Shown one piece after another: positions 1-10,630 of a stretch of 64,000 nucleotides of DNA. Location: positions 1,056,001 through 1,120,000 of the forward strand of contig JALWXN010000004.1 of assembly GCA_027078545.1 (NCBI GenBank), written 5' to 3'. The notes beneath the pieces are model-generated. The model had not been told where the DNA came from. It was given only the letters and a program-made list of their open reading frames with translations, and did no database searches. The translations under genes and the position numbers were made by a program. The DNA is from Nitrososphaeria archaeon (lineage in GTDB: Archaea; Thermoproteota; Nitrososphaeria; Geothermarchaeales; JDFR-13). Every line of letters starts with the position of its first letter. Position 1 is the stretch's first letter.

Positions 1-47
1 CCATATATTTAGGTGTTGGGAGCCATACCTAGGGATAAGGGATATCC

Positions 48-872
48 GTGATGACCCCCGACTACATGTTGATAGAGATCACCAGTGGAGCCGAGGCCTC
101 CATAGACAGGGTCGTGGAGGAGGCCTCCCAAGAGGGTGGACTGACGATCTACCTGGGCGAGGTACACCAGAGGAGATGGATAATAAGCCTATCCCTAGAC
201 ATACTGAGGCGTATCATGGGGAAGGGTGGTGAGCTATACATAGGTATGGAGCACTTCAACCAGGAGCAGCAGGAGATCCTGGAGGCCTTCCTAGAGGGCG
301 ATATAGAGTGGGAGGAGCTCGTAGAGAGGTATGAGGAGGGGCCCGAGGGCTTCGACCTCGAGTACTACAGGCCACTAATCGAGTGGGCCCGCGACATGGG
401 GATACCCATATATGGGCTCATGCCCCCGAGGATATACGCCTCACAACTCGTCAGGCTATACATGTCCGGCGACAAGGAGGGTGTAGAGAGGCTACTAGCG
501 AGATACGGCCTAAGTATAGACGACCTAGACGCAGGGGAGGAGTATAGGGAGAGGTTCCTACAACTAATCCCGAGGGAGGGGCCCATGGCTAGGCTCGACC
601 CAGAGGCCCTCCTCCTGGCACAGTCCTTCAAAGATGAGGTCATGGCTAGGAGGATCGTAGAGCTAAGCAGGCGGTACAGGGCCGGATACATACTGACCGG
701 CTCCGGCCACGTGGAGCACAAGGGGAGCGTCCCCACAAGGGTCGTGAAGCACGGCTATAGAGGAGGATACACAGTGGTAACGTCTAGGGAGGCGGATAGG
801 GAGGAGGCCCTAGAAGATCTGAGGAGGGCCGAGAAATACCTGATCGCTAGGTACCTAGCCCTACCTAGATAG
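48..872 (+). CDS. ChaN-family (Tiki/TraB/EreA superfamily) protein, no signal peptide
   Basis: Motifs YLGEVH, IGMEHF, Q..DEVMA and GSGHV match the ChaN/DUF399 pattern as recalled. Confidence 0.75.
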   Translation: MMTPDYMLIEITSGAEASIDRVVEEASQEGGLTIYLGEVHQRRWIISLSLDILRRIMGKGGELYIGMEHFNQEQQEILEAFLEGDIEWEELVERYEEGPEGFDLEYYRPLIEWARDMGIPIYGLMPPRIYASQLVRLYMSGDKEGVERLLARYGLSIDDLDAGEEYRERFLQLIPREGPMARLDPEALLLAQSFKDEVMARRIVELSRRYRAGYILTGSGHVEHKGSVPTRVVKHGYRGGYTVVTSREADREEALEDLRRAEKYLIARYLALPR

Positions 873-874
873 GG

Positions 875-2590
875 GTGAGGCGAGTGAAGAGGTTCCTAGA
901 GATCTACGCATACAGGCTGGGCCGGAGAATAGGTGAGAAGCTCCTCTACATATCGGACAAGGAGGGGAGGCCCAAGCTATACCAGATGATAGGCGGAGCC
1001 GAGACCCTACTACTCGACGTGGATAGGGTCATAGGCTATACCCTAGACCCTGGGAAGAAGCTAGTCGTAGTAAACCATGACGAGGCCGGTAACGAGAGGT
1101 GGAGGATAACGGTACTGGACAACGCTGGGTGGAGACTTGCCGAGATCGGGGATGGGAGGAGCATAAACCATATAGGCACGCCTGGAGAGACGTATGAGAT
1201 ACCCTACACATCAAACAGGGAGTGGGGATCCGAGTTCGGACTATACATATATAGGCTGGAGGACGGGGAGGAGGAGTTCATATACGGCCCCGAGACCGGG
1301 CTCTACGGCTCAGGCATGAGCAGGGATGGAGAGCTCCTATACGCACAGGTATTCAGAAGCTCCTCGGACGTGGAGCTACTAATAATTGAGCGGGAGACTG
1401 GAAGGGTGATAGACAGGATAGGCGGTGGGGGAGACGTGGTATACCTCCCCCGATGGAGGGACGGGGACAGCCTATACATAGTCACAGATATAGGGGAGGA
1501 GACCCCCTACCTAGCCCTCTACAGGGTCGGCGGGGGGATAGAGCCGATAATAAACGAGGAGTGGGGAGTAGAGACCTACGGCGTCACCAGCGACGGAGAG
1601 ATAATCTACAGCCTAAACGTGAGGGGAGACTCAAGACTCTACATAGGTGAGGAGGAGATCGAGAAGCCCATGGGCGTCGTGACCTATATAGACGTAGATG
1701 GAGAGGCCACCATATCCATGAACACAGTCAAGTATGGAGAGTCTATATGGAGGCTGGTCGACGATAGGCTGGAACCGATACTATACCCCAGGGAGATAGA
1801 GGATCTATGGGACACGATAGTCGAGCCAGAGATACATACCTACCAGTCATTCGACGGCCTCGAGATAGACCTCCTCCTATACAGGCCCAGGAACCGGGAG
1901 AAGCCCCACCCAACCATTATAAACCCCCATGGGGGGCCGGAGTCCCAGAGCAGGCCGATGTACAGCCCGATGATCCAGGGCCTAGTATCACTGGGCTACG
2001 CCGTCGCCCAGCCAAACTATAGAGGCGGAACCGGATATGGAAAGACCTTCAAGGAGATGGATAGGGTGGAGAAGAGGGTCGACAGCCTACGAGACGTATA
2101 CGAAGCAGCTAGATACCTCATAGAGACAGGCCTGGCAGACCCCGATAGGCTCGGGATCATGGGTGGGAGCTACGGTGGATACGTCACCCTATACATGGTG
2201 ACCCACCACCCCCAGCTCTTCAAGGCAGCTGTATCAATAGTCGGGATAGCGAATCTAGAGACCTTCCTGAGGAACACGGGGCCGTGGAGAAGGAGCCATA
2301 GAGAGTATAAGTACGGCAGCCTAGAGAAGGACCTTGAGACCCTCAGGAGGCTGTCACCCATATACTATATCGATAGGGTGGAGACACCCCTACTCCTCAT
2401 ACATGGGAGGAACGACCCGAGGGTACCTGTAGAGGAGAGTATAGAGATGTATCGGAGACTATCGGAGAAGGGTGTGGAGACAAAGCTCATCATATACGAG
2501 GATGAGGGGCACGGCGTCGTTAAGAGGCGTAACAGGGAGCACTACATGGAGAGCGTGGCCCAGTGGTTCACCAGGCATATGCCCCCATAG
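875..2590 (+). CDS. S9 family serine peptidase (acylaminoacyl/dipeptidyl peptidase)
   Basis: N-terminal beta-propeller region; HGGP, GGSYGG nucleophile, DPRVP Asp, EGHG His. Confidence 0.93.
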   Translation: MRRVKRFLEIYAYRLGRRIGEKLLYISDKEGRPKLYQMIGGAETLLLDVDRVIGYTLDPGKKLVVVNHDEAGNERWRITVLDNAGWRLAEIGDGRSINHIGTPGETYEIPYTSNREWGSEFGLYIYRLEDGEEEFIYGPETGLYGSGMSRDGELLYAQVFRSSSDVELLIIERETGRVIDRIGGGGDVVYLPRWRDGDSLYIVTDIGEETPYLALYRVGGGIEPIINEEWGVETYGVTSDGEIIYSLNVRGDSRLYIGEEEIEKPMGVVTYIDVDGEATISMNTVKYGESIWRLVDDRLEPILYPREIEDLWDTIVEPEIHTYQSFDGLEIDLLLYRPRNREKPHPTIINPHGGPESQSRPMYSPMIQGLVSLGYAVAQPNYRGGTGYGKTFKEMDRVEKRVDSLRDVYEAARYLIETGLADPDRLGIMGGSYGGYVTLYMVTHHPQLFKAAVSIVGIANLETFLRNTGPWRRSHREYKYGSLEKDLETLRRLSPIYYIDRVETPLLLIHGRNDPRVPVEESIEMYRRLSEKGVETKLIIYEDEGHGVVKRRNREHYMESVAQWFTRHMPP

Positions 2591-2639
2591 CCCCGTTTTA
2601 TATCCTCTATACATACCATTATATACTTTTTGGGAGAAG

Positions 2640-3041
2640 ATGTTCACCCCCTACGAGGTAATAGTCAAGACGATACTACCAGCGATAAGAAGTATCCTCG
2701 TAAGGGAGCTTGCCGAGAAGTATGGGTATAAACAGATGGAGATCGCTAGACACCTCTACATCACACAGGCAAGCGTATCCTACTACCTGACCCACAGCAG
2801 GGGCAAGTATATCCAGGAGGTGGCCAAGTATCCAGACGTCACCGAGAGGATAAAGAGGCTGGCCGAGAAGATACACCGTGAGAAGCCGACCAAGGAGGAG
2901 CTGATCAAGGAGATAAACGATATAATCATGTACATCATGGCGAAGGAGTATATCTGCGAGGTCCACAAGACACTCGAGCCAGACGTCGATATAGAGGAGT
3001 GCAAGGTCTGCGAAGCAATGATAATAGACAGATACAAGTAG
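2640..3041 (+). CDS. Archaeal HTH transcriptional regulator (COG2522-like)
   Basis: MFTPYEVIVKTILPAIRS...QMEIARHLYITQASVSYY HTH plus C-terminal CEVH..CKVC. Start refined to ATG 2640, downstream of a TATA-like tract near 2597-2625. Confidence 0.85.
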   Translation: MFTPYEVIVKTILPAIRSILVRELAEKYGYKQMEIARHLYITQASVSYYLTHSRGKYIQEVAKYPDVTERIKRLAEKIHREKPTKEELIKEINDIIMYIMAKEYICEVHKTLEPDVDIEECKVCEAMIIDRYK

Positions 3042-3063
3042 GGATCCATGCTATAATAGGTGC

Positions 3064-3993
3064 ATGGCCGGGGAAGTAGAGATCGGGACACTCCTTAGAC
3101 GGGCGGCCCAACTAGCCAGATACTCCTTTAGATGGGGCGTCATCCCCGGCCTAATACTGAGCAGGCTCTCCAGCCGGGTGATAGACAGGCTGGGTGGATA
3201 TACAAGGCCCAGGCTCACCGATCAGAGGAGCCTCATAGAGAGGAGGGACTGGAACGTCCTAGTCATACTAGACGCATGTAGATACGACGCCTACCTCATG
3301 AGTAGGGAGAGGCCCCACTGGGGAAGGCTTAAACCCGTATACAGCCCCGCATCGATAACACCCCACTGGCTCGTGAGGACGTGGCTAGGGGGAGACTGGA
3401 GGGACACGATATACATATCGGGAAACATATTCGCCAACAAGTCTATAGGGGCGATGAAGCATCTACACCGATACTTCCGATATAGACTCGCCGACAAGTT
3501 CCTAGACATAGTGGAGGTATGGAGGAACAGCGACCCAGATACCGGTGCAGTCCCGCCGGAGAGGGTCTACAGGGCCTACCGGATGGTAAGGACTAGGATG
3601 AGGCTTAGGGGGCTACGCCTAGGGAGGGACTATAGACTGGTTATACACTTCATGCAGCCCCACACACCCTACCTAGCGACACCCAGGCTCAACCACCTCA
3701 TCAATAGGCTGGATAGGGAGACCCGTAGAGACGGCGTAGGCCTAGGCTTCGAATACGTCTACATACCCATGCTACGCAGAGCCCTAGGAGCCAAGGCAGA
3801 CAAGGCGTTATGGAGGCTCTACATGGATAACCTGGAGAGGGCCGCGAGATATGCACGCCTAATAGCGGAGGAGAATAGGGGCTACACAGTGATAACAGCC
3901 GACCATGGGGAGATGCTGGGCGAGTACAACCTATACTTCCACTTCGACGTGGCCACCCCGGAGCTCAGGGTAGTCCCATACCACAGGCTATAG
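3064..3993 (+). CDS. Alkaline phosphatase/sulfatase superfamily protein
   Basis: ILDACRYD, SPASITP (Thr nucleophile), HFMQPHTPY and ITADHGE metal-binding motifs. Confidence 0.8.
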   Translation: MAGEVEIGTLLRRAAQLARYSFRWGVIPGLILSRLSSRVIDRLGGYTRPRLTDQRSLIERRDWNVLVILDACRYDAYLMSRERPHWGRLKPVYSPASITPHWLVRTWLGGDWRDTIYISGNIFANKSIGAMKHLHRYFRYRLADKFLDIVEVWRNSDPDTGAVPPERVYRAYRMVRTRMRLRGLRLGRDYRLVIHFMQPHTPYLATPRLNHLINRLDRETRRDGVGLGFEYVYIPMLRRALGAKADKALWRLYMDNLERAARYARLIAEENRGYTVITADHGEMLGEYNLYFHFDVATPELRVVPYHRL

Positions 3994-4410
3994 AAGAGGG
4001 AAGTCCACACCCTCCTCCCTAATAATCTTCTCCGCCTCCTCCCTATCGAAGCCCCCGAAGAACTCCTCGCCATCCAGGATCCTATAAATATGGTACTTCG
4101 TCACGGGTGGTATGGGGCGCTCCCAGTCAACCCTATGTATACTCATAAGCCCCGGATCGTCAGACTCGTATTTATAGACCACCAGGTCATACTCATCAGC
4201 CGTGACGATATCGTTGAAGGTCAGCTTCCTCATATAGTGTGTGAAGACCCTCTCGAAGAAGAGTATGAAGGGCTTATCAGGATCGATCTCCACACCCTCA
4301 ACCTCCTCCCATGAGCCACCGACCCTCCTATACAGCCTCCCATCCATCCTAAGCTTGAAGTCGTGGTAGGAGTTATAGTAGTCGAGAACAATCCTATAGA
4401 CCACCGGCAT
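3988..4410 (-). CDS. Hypothetical protein
   Basis: 140-aa ORF with genome-typical codon use filling the gap between convergent genes; no motif recognised. Confidence 0.6.
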   Translation of the reverse strand: MPVVYRIVLDYYNSYHDFKLRMDGRLYRRVGGSWEEVEGVEIDPDKPFILFFERVFTHYMRKLTFNDIVTADEYDLVVYKYESDDPGLMSIHRVDWERPIPPVTKYHIYRILDGEEFFGGFDREEAEKIIREEGVDFPLL

Positions 4411-4461
4411 AAAAGGGAAAAATGTTTTGTGGGGGGCATTAAACCAGTGTAGATACTTGGG

Positions 4462-5913
4462 CTAGCCAGGTATAAATATGTCGTGTGGCTTGATCTCCAA
4501 CGAGCCCTGTGGAGGTATATATGCGAACCGGGCCTTCTCCCACATCTCCGCTATCCTTGAGGCCCCCACATAACCCATAGCCGCCTGCAGACCAGCCCTC
4601 AACTCACCAACTACATCTGATACCGAGCCTCTATACGGGACCCAGCCCTCGACACCCTCATCAATATCTTTCGACGGCTTGGAATATCTGTCTAGCCCCG
4701 CCCTCTTAGCCCTTGCCCTTGCGCTACCCATGCCGTAGTACTCCTTATAGTACTTCCCCTGTATAGCGATGAGCCTACCGGGGCTCTCACGTGTACCTGC
4801 AAACACGTTACCCATTATGACAGCCGAGGCGCCGGCAGCCAGTGCAAGGGCTATGTCCCCAGTATTCCTTATACCGCCATCGGCCAGGACAGGTATCTCC
4901 CCATGGAGGCCCAGCTCGTCGAGGGCGTCTGCAGCCTGTATAGTGGCGTAGAGGGTGGGTGCAGCTACACGGGTCACCACGCTGGTGGTGCAGATCGAGC
5001 CGCTACCCATACCCATACGTAGGCCATCCACCCTCTCTATCCTCGACAAGACCTCGAGGACGGCCTCCCTAGTACCAAGGTTACCCACCACGAACCTGGC
5101 GGATATCTCCCTAGCCATCTTAGCAGCGGCCCTAATCACATTCTCGTTGTGGAAGTGGGCCACATCAGTGACGATGACATCTACATATCTATCAAGCCTC
5201 TTGGCACGCTCAAGGTCGAAGGGAGACACGGCAGCGCCTACCAGGAGCCTACCATCCTCATCCCTACTAGCCATTGGATACCTACCCTTCAGGGAGATAT
5301 CCCTAAAGGTTATGAGGCCCCTGAGCCTCCCCTCACCATCAACTATCGGTAGCTTCTCAACCCTATGCTCATGCATAAGCTGCTTAGCCTCCTCCAGAGA
5401 GACCTCCTCACTAGCCGTTACAAGCCTATCCCTAGGCGTCATCACTGAGGAGACCCTGAGCCCCCGGTCACTATACCTGATATCCCTCCACGTAACTATA
5501 CCCACAAGCCTATCCCCATCCTCCACCACTGGGAGGCCATGGATATTCTTCTCCTCCATGATCCTATAGGCCTCCCCGACAGTCGTGTCAGGAGTCACTA
5601 CAACGACATCCCTAATAATCCTCGACTCAGCCCTCTTCACCCTCCTAGCCATCTCGACCTGCTCATCCACACTACAGTTCCTATGAAGAATACCGAGGCC
5701 CCCCTCCCTAGCCAGGGAGATAGCCAGCTCCGAGCCGGTAACAGTGTCCATAGGGGATGAGATGAATGGCAGGTTTATCCTGAGCCCCCTAGCCGCATAG
5801 GTTGATAGGTCGATCTCCCTCGGCTCGACATAGGACTTCCCAGGCAGGAGGACGAGGTCGTTAAAGGTATATAGAGTCTCTATACCCTCCAGCTTAGAGA
5901 CGAACCTAGCCAT
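4462..5913 (-). CDS. guaB: Inosine-5'-monophosphate dehydrogenase with CBS pair
   Basis: SSPMDTVT, tandem CBS domains, catalytic loop [24 protein letters not shown]. Confidence 0.95.
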   Translation of the reverse strand: MARFVSKLEGIETLYTFNDLVLLPGKSYVEPREIDLSTYAARGLRINLPFISSPMDTVTGSELAISLAREGGLGILHRNCSVDEQVEMARRVKRAESRIIRDVVVVTPDTTVGEAYRIMEEKNIHGLPVVEDGDRLVGIVTWRDIRYSDRGLRVSSVMTPRDRLVTASEEVSLEEAKQLMHEHRVEKLPIVDGEGRLRGLITFRDISLKGRYPMASRDEDGRLLVGAAVSPFDLERAKRLDRYVDVIVTDVAHFHNENVIRAAAKMAREISARFVVGNLGTREAVLEVLSRIERVDGLRMGMGSGSICTTSVVTRVAAPTLYATIQAADALDELGLHGEIPVLADGGIRNTGDIALALAAGASAVIMGNVFAGTRESPGRLIAIQGKYYKEYYGMGSARARAKRAGLDRYSKPSKDIDEGVEGWVPYRGSVSDVVGELRAGLQAAMGYVGASRIAEMWEKARFAYIPPQGSLEIKPHDIFIPG

Positions 5914-6036
5914 TAGGAGACACCCCAGAACCTATTTAAAAGACTATTGAATATCCCGTCGTGAATATAAATAGGAACCGATGGAGGAGGGTTACTATGG
6001 ATGAGGAATCTATAAAAATGTTTGGGTGTGGAGGGA

Positions 6037-7899
6037 CTACTCCACCACGGGTATTCCAAACTTGATGGAGATCCTCTTCTTCTCCTCGTAGCTGATGCTG
6101 TCCGGATCCCAGAAGCCCTCGTAGGTCTGCCTGTAGAGTGGGTCGGACTCAAGCTTCTTGATATTCCTCTTATACCTCTCCTGGCTCAGGCTCTTGAGCC
6201 CAGTCCTCCTCAGATACTCCTTGAGGCTCATGGAGTACCTCTTGATCAGCCTATCCCTATACATCTCCGGCATGACGTTGTAGGTACAGAACGGCATTAT
6301 CCTCCCGTCTGGCCCGACATAGTGGATGTCACACCTCTGTATCCTGGCAACGTCATAGTTATACTCGTCCTGGAAGTGCATCATACCGACGTATAGCGTG
6401 TTGAGGTGGAACTTACCCAGTGAGCTGTAGTCATGCCTCACAAAGATGTCGAAGAACATCTTGTAGATCCTACCCCTCTTCCTCAGCTGCTCAGGCACAT
6501 ACTTCCTATCTATGAAGCTGGGTATCTTGGAGAGGAGCTTCATCAGGGCCATCTTCCTACTACCGCCCTTCCTCATATACTCATTCAGCTCCTTGATATA
6601 CTCGGCGAAGGACTCCACATCCATGAACTTCGGCAGCGGGGTTATCTTACCAGTCTTCTGGTCCTGGAAGATGTAGGTGGCGACGCCACATGCGAAGTGG
6701 TTAGTCATCTTGAACTGGTGCTCACCAGTCACTAGCTCAACGAACTCGCTGATCGGGGCTGTGAACGGGACTGAGAACCAGTGATCCATCAAGACCTCTC
6801 CATTGGTGCCCTCCTCCACAAGCTTGACAACATCGGGGATAGTTATCCTGAGCCTCTGCCTCTCATGCTTAGGCATCCTACCAACCAGGCTTACCGGCTG
6901 GTAGTTAAGACCCCTCACAACATCGTTGTGCTTCAGGGCGAAGTAGAGCATCTGGGCAACCTCATGGTCATTAACAGTCCTGATCACCGTCGGGACCAGG
7001 ACTATACCCATCCCAGCCTTCCTAGCCGCGTCGAATATGAAGGGGACCTCCCAATGGTTCTTCGGATTAGTGTATGGAGTAACACCGTCGAAGCTCATGT
7101 AGAGCGTGTTCACACCAGCCTCCCTAAGCTCCCTGAGATACTCAGGCCTACCCACGAAGTTTATACCTGTGGTGTTGAGCTGGACATGGATGAAGCCCAG
7201 CTCCTTAGCCATCTTCACGATATCCACTAGATCCTCCCTAAGAGTAGGCTCTCCACCAGTTATCTGTAGGGCCATGGCGGGGACGGGCTCCATACTCCTA
7301 GCCGACTCCATCATGAACCTGATGTGGTCTAGGGTCGGCTCATAGATATAGCCCGCCGCCTCCGCATAGAAGAAGCAGTACCAGCATGATAGGTGGCACC
7401 TATTGGTTATGACCAGGTTTAGGAGGGCCGTGTGGCTCTTATGGCGTGCACACAGCCCACAGTTGTATGGACATGGGTTGACCAGGTCTACGAATGGGTT
7501 GCTAACCCCATGCCCATCATAGGACTCCTTACTTTTCTTATAGAAGAACTCTGCATCGCTCCAGTATACCTCCTCCACCTCACCATGGTCTGGGCATACC
7601 TTCCTGATGTAGATAGCCCCATCCCTCTCGAAGACCACAGCCCTGATCAGGCTCCTACACTCGGGACAGATGCTCAGTGTGCTCTTAACCCTCTTCTCCC
7701 CCTCCCTAAGGGGGACCTTAGCCCTGATCTTAAACTGGAAGTCGACGCCCTCCTTAGGCATCGTCTCCTCGACGACCTTCTGGCCGACGAGGGCGAAGAT
7801 CATGCTGTCCTTGACCTTGCTAAGCTCGTCATAGTTTACATAGCCATCCTCCCTGAAGTACTTACTGATATCCAGCCTTATCTCCGACACTTCCACCAC
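6037..7899 (-). CDS. tes: Tetraether lipid synthase (GDGT-macrocyclic archaeol synthase, MJ0619 family radical SAM)
   Basis: N-terminal CPEC...CPDH metal site, CPYNCGLCARH auxiliary cluster, CHLSCWYC radical SAM motif, HFACG, and C-terminal MHFQD.YN.D..R..RC..H...IMPFCTYN. Confidence 0.88.
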   Translation of the reverse strand: MVEVSEIRLDISKYFREDGYVNYDELSKVKDSMIFALVGQKVVEETMPKEGVDFQFKIRAKVPLREGEKRVKSTLSICPECRSLIRAVVFERDGAIYIRKVCPDHGEVEEVYWSDAEFFYKKSKESYDGHGVSNPFVDLVNPCPYNCGLCARHKSHTALLNLVITNRCHLSCWYCFFYAEAAGYIYEPTLDHIRFMMESARSMEPVPAMALQITGGEPTLREDLVDIVKMAKELGFIHVQLNTTGINFVGRPEYLRELREAGVNTLYMSFDGVTPYTNPKNHWEVPFIFDAARKAGMGIVLVPTVIRTVNDHEVAQMLYFALKHNDVVRGLNYQPVSLVGRMPKHERQRLRITIPDVVKLVEEGTNGEVLMDHWFSVPFTAPISEFVELVTGEHQFKMTNHFACGVATYIFQDQKTGKITPLPKFMDVESFAEYIKELNEYMRKGGSRKMALMKLLSKIPSFIDRKYVPEQLRKRGRIYKMFFDIFVRHDYSSLGKFHLNTLYVGMMHFQDEYNYDVARIQRCDIHYVGPDGRIMPFCTYNVMPEMYRDRLIKRYSMSLKEYLRRTGLKSLSQERYKRNIKKLESDPLYRQTYEGFWDPDSISYEEKKRISIKFGIPVVE

Positions 7900-7935
7900 C
7901 TTAAAATAGATTCTAAAGATTATCAGGACACATCG

Positions 7936-7943
7936 TTATATAA
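7936..7943 (-). promoter_or_regulatory. TATA box of the tes promoter
   Basis: TTATATAA about 37-44 bp upstream of the tes start codon. Confidence 0.55.
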
Positions 7944-8034
7944 GCGTTTCATACCTTTCACCATGGTATTTGTTATGAACCTGTAAGTAAATCCTTGGTG
8001 ATGTATATACATCATATATCATTTCCCGATAAGG

Positions 8035-8616
8035 CTAGCGCCTCGGGAGGAAGACCCTCCTCCTAGCGAGGAGGAGCAGCACCACAGCCAGGAGGAAGAT
8101 GATATAGATCGTGAGGTCATCCCCATCCCTAGGCTCAGGGACTTCAGCTGTATCCCCACCGAGTATGTCCTCCCTACCAAACTCGTTGGGATAGTCCTTA
8201 TATACCGCGTAGCCCTCCCTCACCATATAGGCATTTACATTCACCAAGCCATCCTCAGAGACCAGGTATAGGATCGCTACAACCCTCCCATATGGGTCGA
8301 AAACCCCCTGGTCATCAATATCTAGGCAGGCGTCCCACCCAATACTCGAGACAAGTCTATAGAGGGCGTCGGACGCCTCCTCACCCTCGGGCGTGCCAAG
8401 CTCAGGAGCATTGATATCCGCGAGCCTCACCTTTATCAGGTCCCCAACGGATACACCGGGAATCTCCCTCTCCATCTCCTCGACAACGATCCAAACCGTG
8501 TCCCCATCAACAATCCTGTCTATATATCCACATACCTCGGTTGGATATGCATACACGGCCTGTGGATCGGTAAATATTATGGATAGGAGGAGTAGGAAGG
8601 GTATACTACTCCTCAC
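8035..8616 (-). CDS. Membrane-anchored thermonuclease (SNase family)
   Basis: Signal peptide; IVDGDT, VRLADINAPE, DPYGRVVA, MVREGYA; C-terminal TM followed by RRR. GTG 8616 preferred over TTG 8643. Confidence 0.88.
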   Translation of the reverse strand: MRSSIPFLLLLSIIFTDPQAVYAYPTEVCGYIDRIVDGDTVWIVVEEMEREIPGVSVGDLIKVRLADINAPELGTPEGEEASDALYRLVSSIGWDACLDIDDQGVFDPYGRVVAILYLVSEDGLVNVNAYMVREGYAVYKDYPNEFGREDILGGDTAEVPEPRDGDDLTIYIIFLLAVVLLLLARRRVFLPRR

Positions 8617-10534
8617 CAGACCCACCCTTAAGCCACTTATCAAACCATCCTAGGAGCTCTTTAAGCCTCTCAACCCTATGCTTAGGCTTCCCCTTACGGC
8701 TCAGGTCATGATCCTCCTTGGGGAAGAGCACTAGCCTCGTTGGGACACCAGCCTTCTTAAGGGCTGTGAAGAAGATCAGGGCTTGGTCCATCCAGCAGCG
8801 ATAGTCATTCATCGAGTGGATAATCAGGGTGGGCGTCCTAACCCTCGAGGCATGGGCCACAGGGCTCTTCTCGATACACCTAGCTATATCTTCTAGGGGG
8901 CTACAGCCAATCTGATCCTCTACGAAGTAGAAGCCTATATCCGTGGTCCCGAACATCGAGACCCAGTCGGAGATCGGCCTCATAGTAGCTGCAGCCCTAA
9001 ACCTATCGGTCTGGGTAACTATCCAGTTCGTCATGAAGCCTCCGTAGCTCCCACCAGCCACCCCAATCCTATCCCGGTCGAGGAAGTCGAACTTCTCAAG
9101 GACATGGTCTACAGCCTCCATCAAGTCCATATAGTCCCTCTCCCCATAGCGGCCCCTAATATCGGCGAATCCCTCGTCATAGCCATCACTCCCCCTGGGA
9201 TTGGTGAATACCACTGCATACCCACTAGAGACGTAGAGCTGGAACTCCTCCATGAACGACGGTCCAAACATCGTCTTAGGCCCGCCATGGATATATAGGA
9301 TCCATGGGAAGGGACCCTTACCCCTAGGCTTCAAGACCCAGCCATCGATCTTAGCACCGTCGGAGGCCGTGAACCTGAAGTGGAGTGGGGATGCAAGGTA
9401 GTACTTCTCCCTAAACCCCTCCGTGAAACGCGTAGCTCTACGTGGCTCCCCATCCTCATAGATATAGATCTCCTTAGGCCGGTCAAACGACATAGCGGTG
9501 AAGACTAGCCTCCCATCCCTGACGTCGAACTCATCTATAGACATATCACCCAGATCGAGGAATGGCTTAGCGTCCCAGCCCGGTGGGGAAGCCCTGTAGA
9601 GGACTACCCTACCCTTCCTAGAGACCTGGAAGTATAGGTCTTCACCATCCCAGACCATCCTCCTGCTACAGGAGGGCCCCCTAACATCTGAGTTCACGGT
9701 ATTGGATACGTTGTATATCCCCGGCCTGACTATGGCCACTAGATCCATCTCCACCGGATGGACTATGTATATCCTGTTATGCGTGGCGAAGCCCCTCGCC
9801 CTGTCATGGCCCAGCACAGCCAGTAGGCCGGACCCGCTCCAAGCGACGCTCCACAGCGTGTATCCCGATAGGAGGGTCTCCTCCTCCCCAGTCTCCATAT
9901 CCATGATGTGTAGACTCGTCACGTAGGGCCTCAGCTCCTCATCCCTAGATATATAGGCTAGTAGACGGCCATCCCTAGACATAGCAGCATCGACGACATG
10001 GAGATCCTCGGGCGTAGCCTCCCTCTTAACGCCTCCATAGGCGTCCAGGACATAGGCCCTGTTATAGAGGCTGTAGACGAAGCCCGCCCCATTGAACCAT
10101 ACGGGGAGGCGCTCAATCCTCTTCACATCCTCCTCAACCTCACCCGTCCTCTCCAGGATGAGTATCCTCCCATCATCTATCCATGACCAGGATACTATTC
10201 CGTTCCTACTCCTGTAGAGCTCCCGGGGCTCACCCCTCAGATCAGTTACCCAGAGCGAGACGCCCCTCTCATCATCCTTGAAGCCCCTCCGGCTCAGGAA
10301 GCCTATCCTAGCCCCGCTGGGGCTCCACCTCCCACAGAAGTCTGAAGGGCCACTCGTGACAGACTCGTGATGACCATCTCCATAGTCCATGAGCCATAGG
10401 GTCGAGAGGTATCGATCCCTATCGCCATCCATCCTGGTAACGGTGAAGAGGATCTTGTCGGCATCTGGTGAGAAGCTCGGGTCGGATACCAGTGTGATCT
10501 CTAGGAGACTCTCAGGCGTGAGCCTCTTCCTCAT
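8606..10534 (-). CDS. S9 family serine peptidase
   Basis: PD40/propeller N-terminus; IHGGP, NPRGS, GGSYGG, DYRC, EDHDLS. Confidence 0.93.
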   Translation of the reverse strand: MRKRLTPESLLEITLVSDPSFSPDADKILFTVTRMDGDRDRYLSTLWLMDYGDGHHESVTSGPSDFCGRWSPSGARIGFLSRRGFKDDERGVSLWVTDLRGEPRELYRSRNGIVSWSWIDDGRILILERTGEVEEDVKRIERLPVWFNGAGFVYSLYNRAYVLDAYGGVKREATPEDLHVVDAAMSRDGRLLAYISRDEELRPYVTSLHIMDMETGEEETLLSGYTLWSVAWSGSGLLAVLGHDRARGFATHNRIYIVHPVEMDLVAIVRPGIYNVSNTVNSDVRGPSCSRRMVWDGEDLYFQVSRKGRVVLYRASPPGWDAKPFLDLGDMSIDEFDVRDGRLVFTAMSFDRPKEIYIYEDGEPRRATRFTEGFREKYYLASPLHFRFTASDGAKIDGWVLKPRGKGPFPWILYIHGGPKTMFGPSFMEEFQLYVSSGYAVVFTNPRGSDGYDEGFADIRGRYGERDYMDLMEAVDHVLEKFDFLDRDRIGVAGGSYGGFMTNWIVTQTDRFRAAATMRPISDWVSMFGTTDIGFYFVEDQIGCSPLEDIARCIEKSPVAHASRVRTPTLIIHSMNDYRCWMDQALIFFTALKKAGVPTRLVLFPKEDHDLSRKGKPKHRVERLKELLGWFDKWLKGGSGEE

Positions 10535-10630
10535 AGCAAGGAAACTCCCCTGATAAACGATTTAAAACATGAGAACCATGCCCGAGTAGAGGCGTCATCT
10601 TTATCCATCGAGACTGGGAAATACTAGTCT

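Noticed and set aside
2472-2639. N-terminal extension of the HTH regulator ORF in the track
   Set aside because: It overlaps the peptidase and spans the promoter-like AT tract; the family match begins at ATG 2640.
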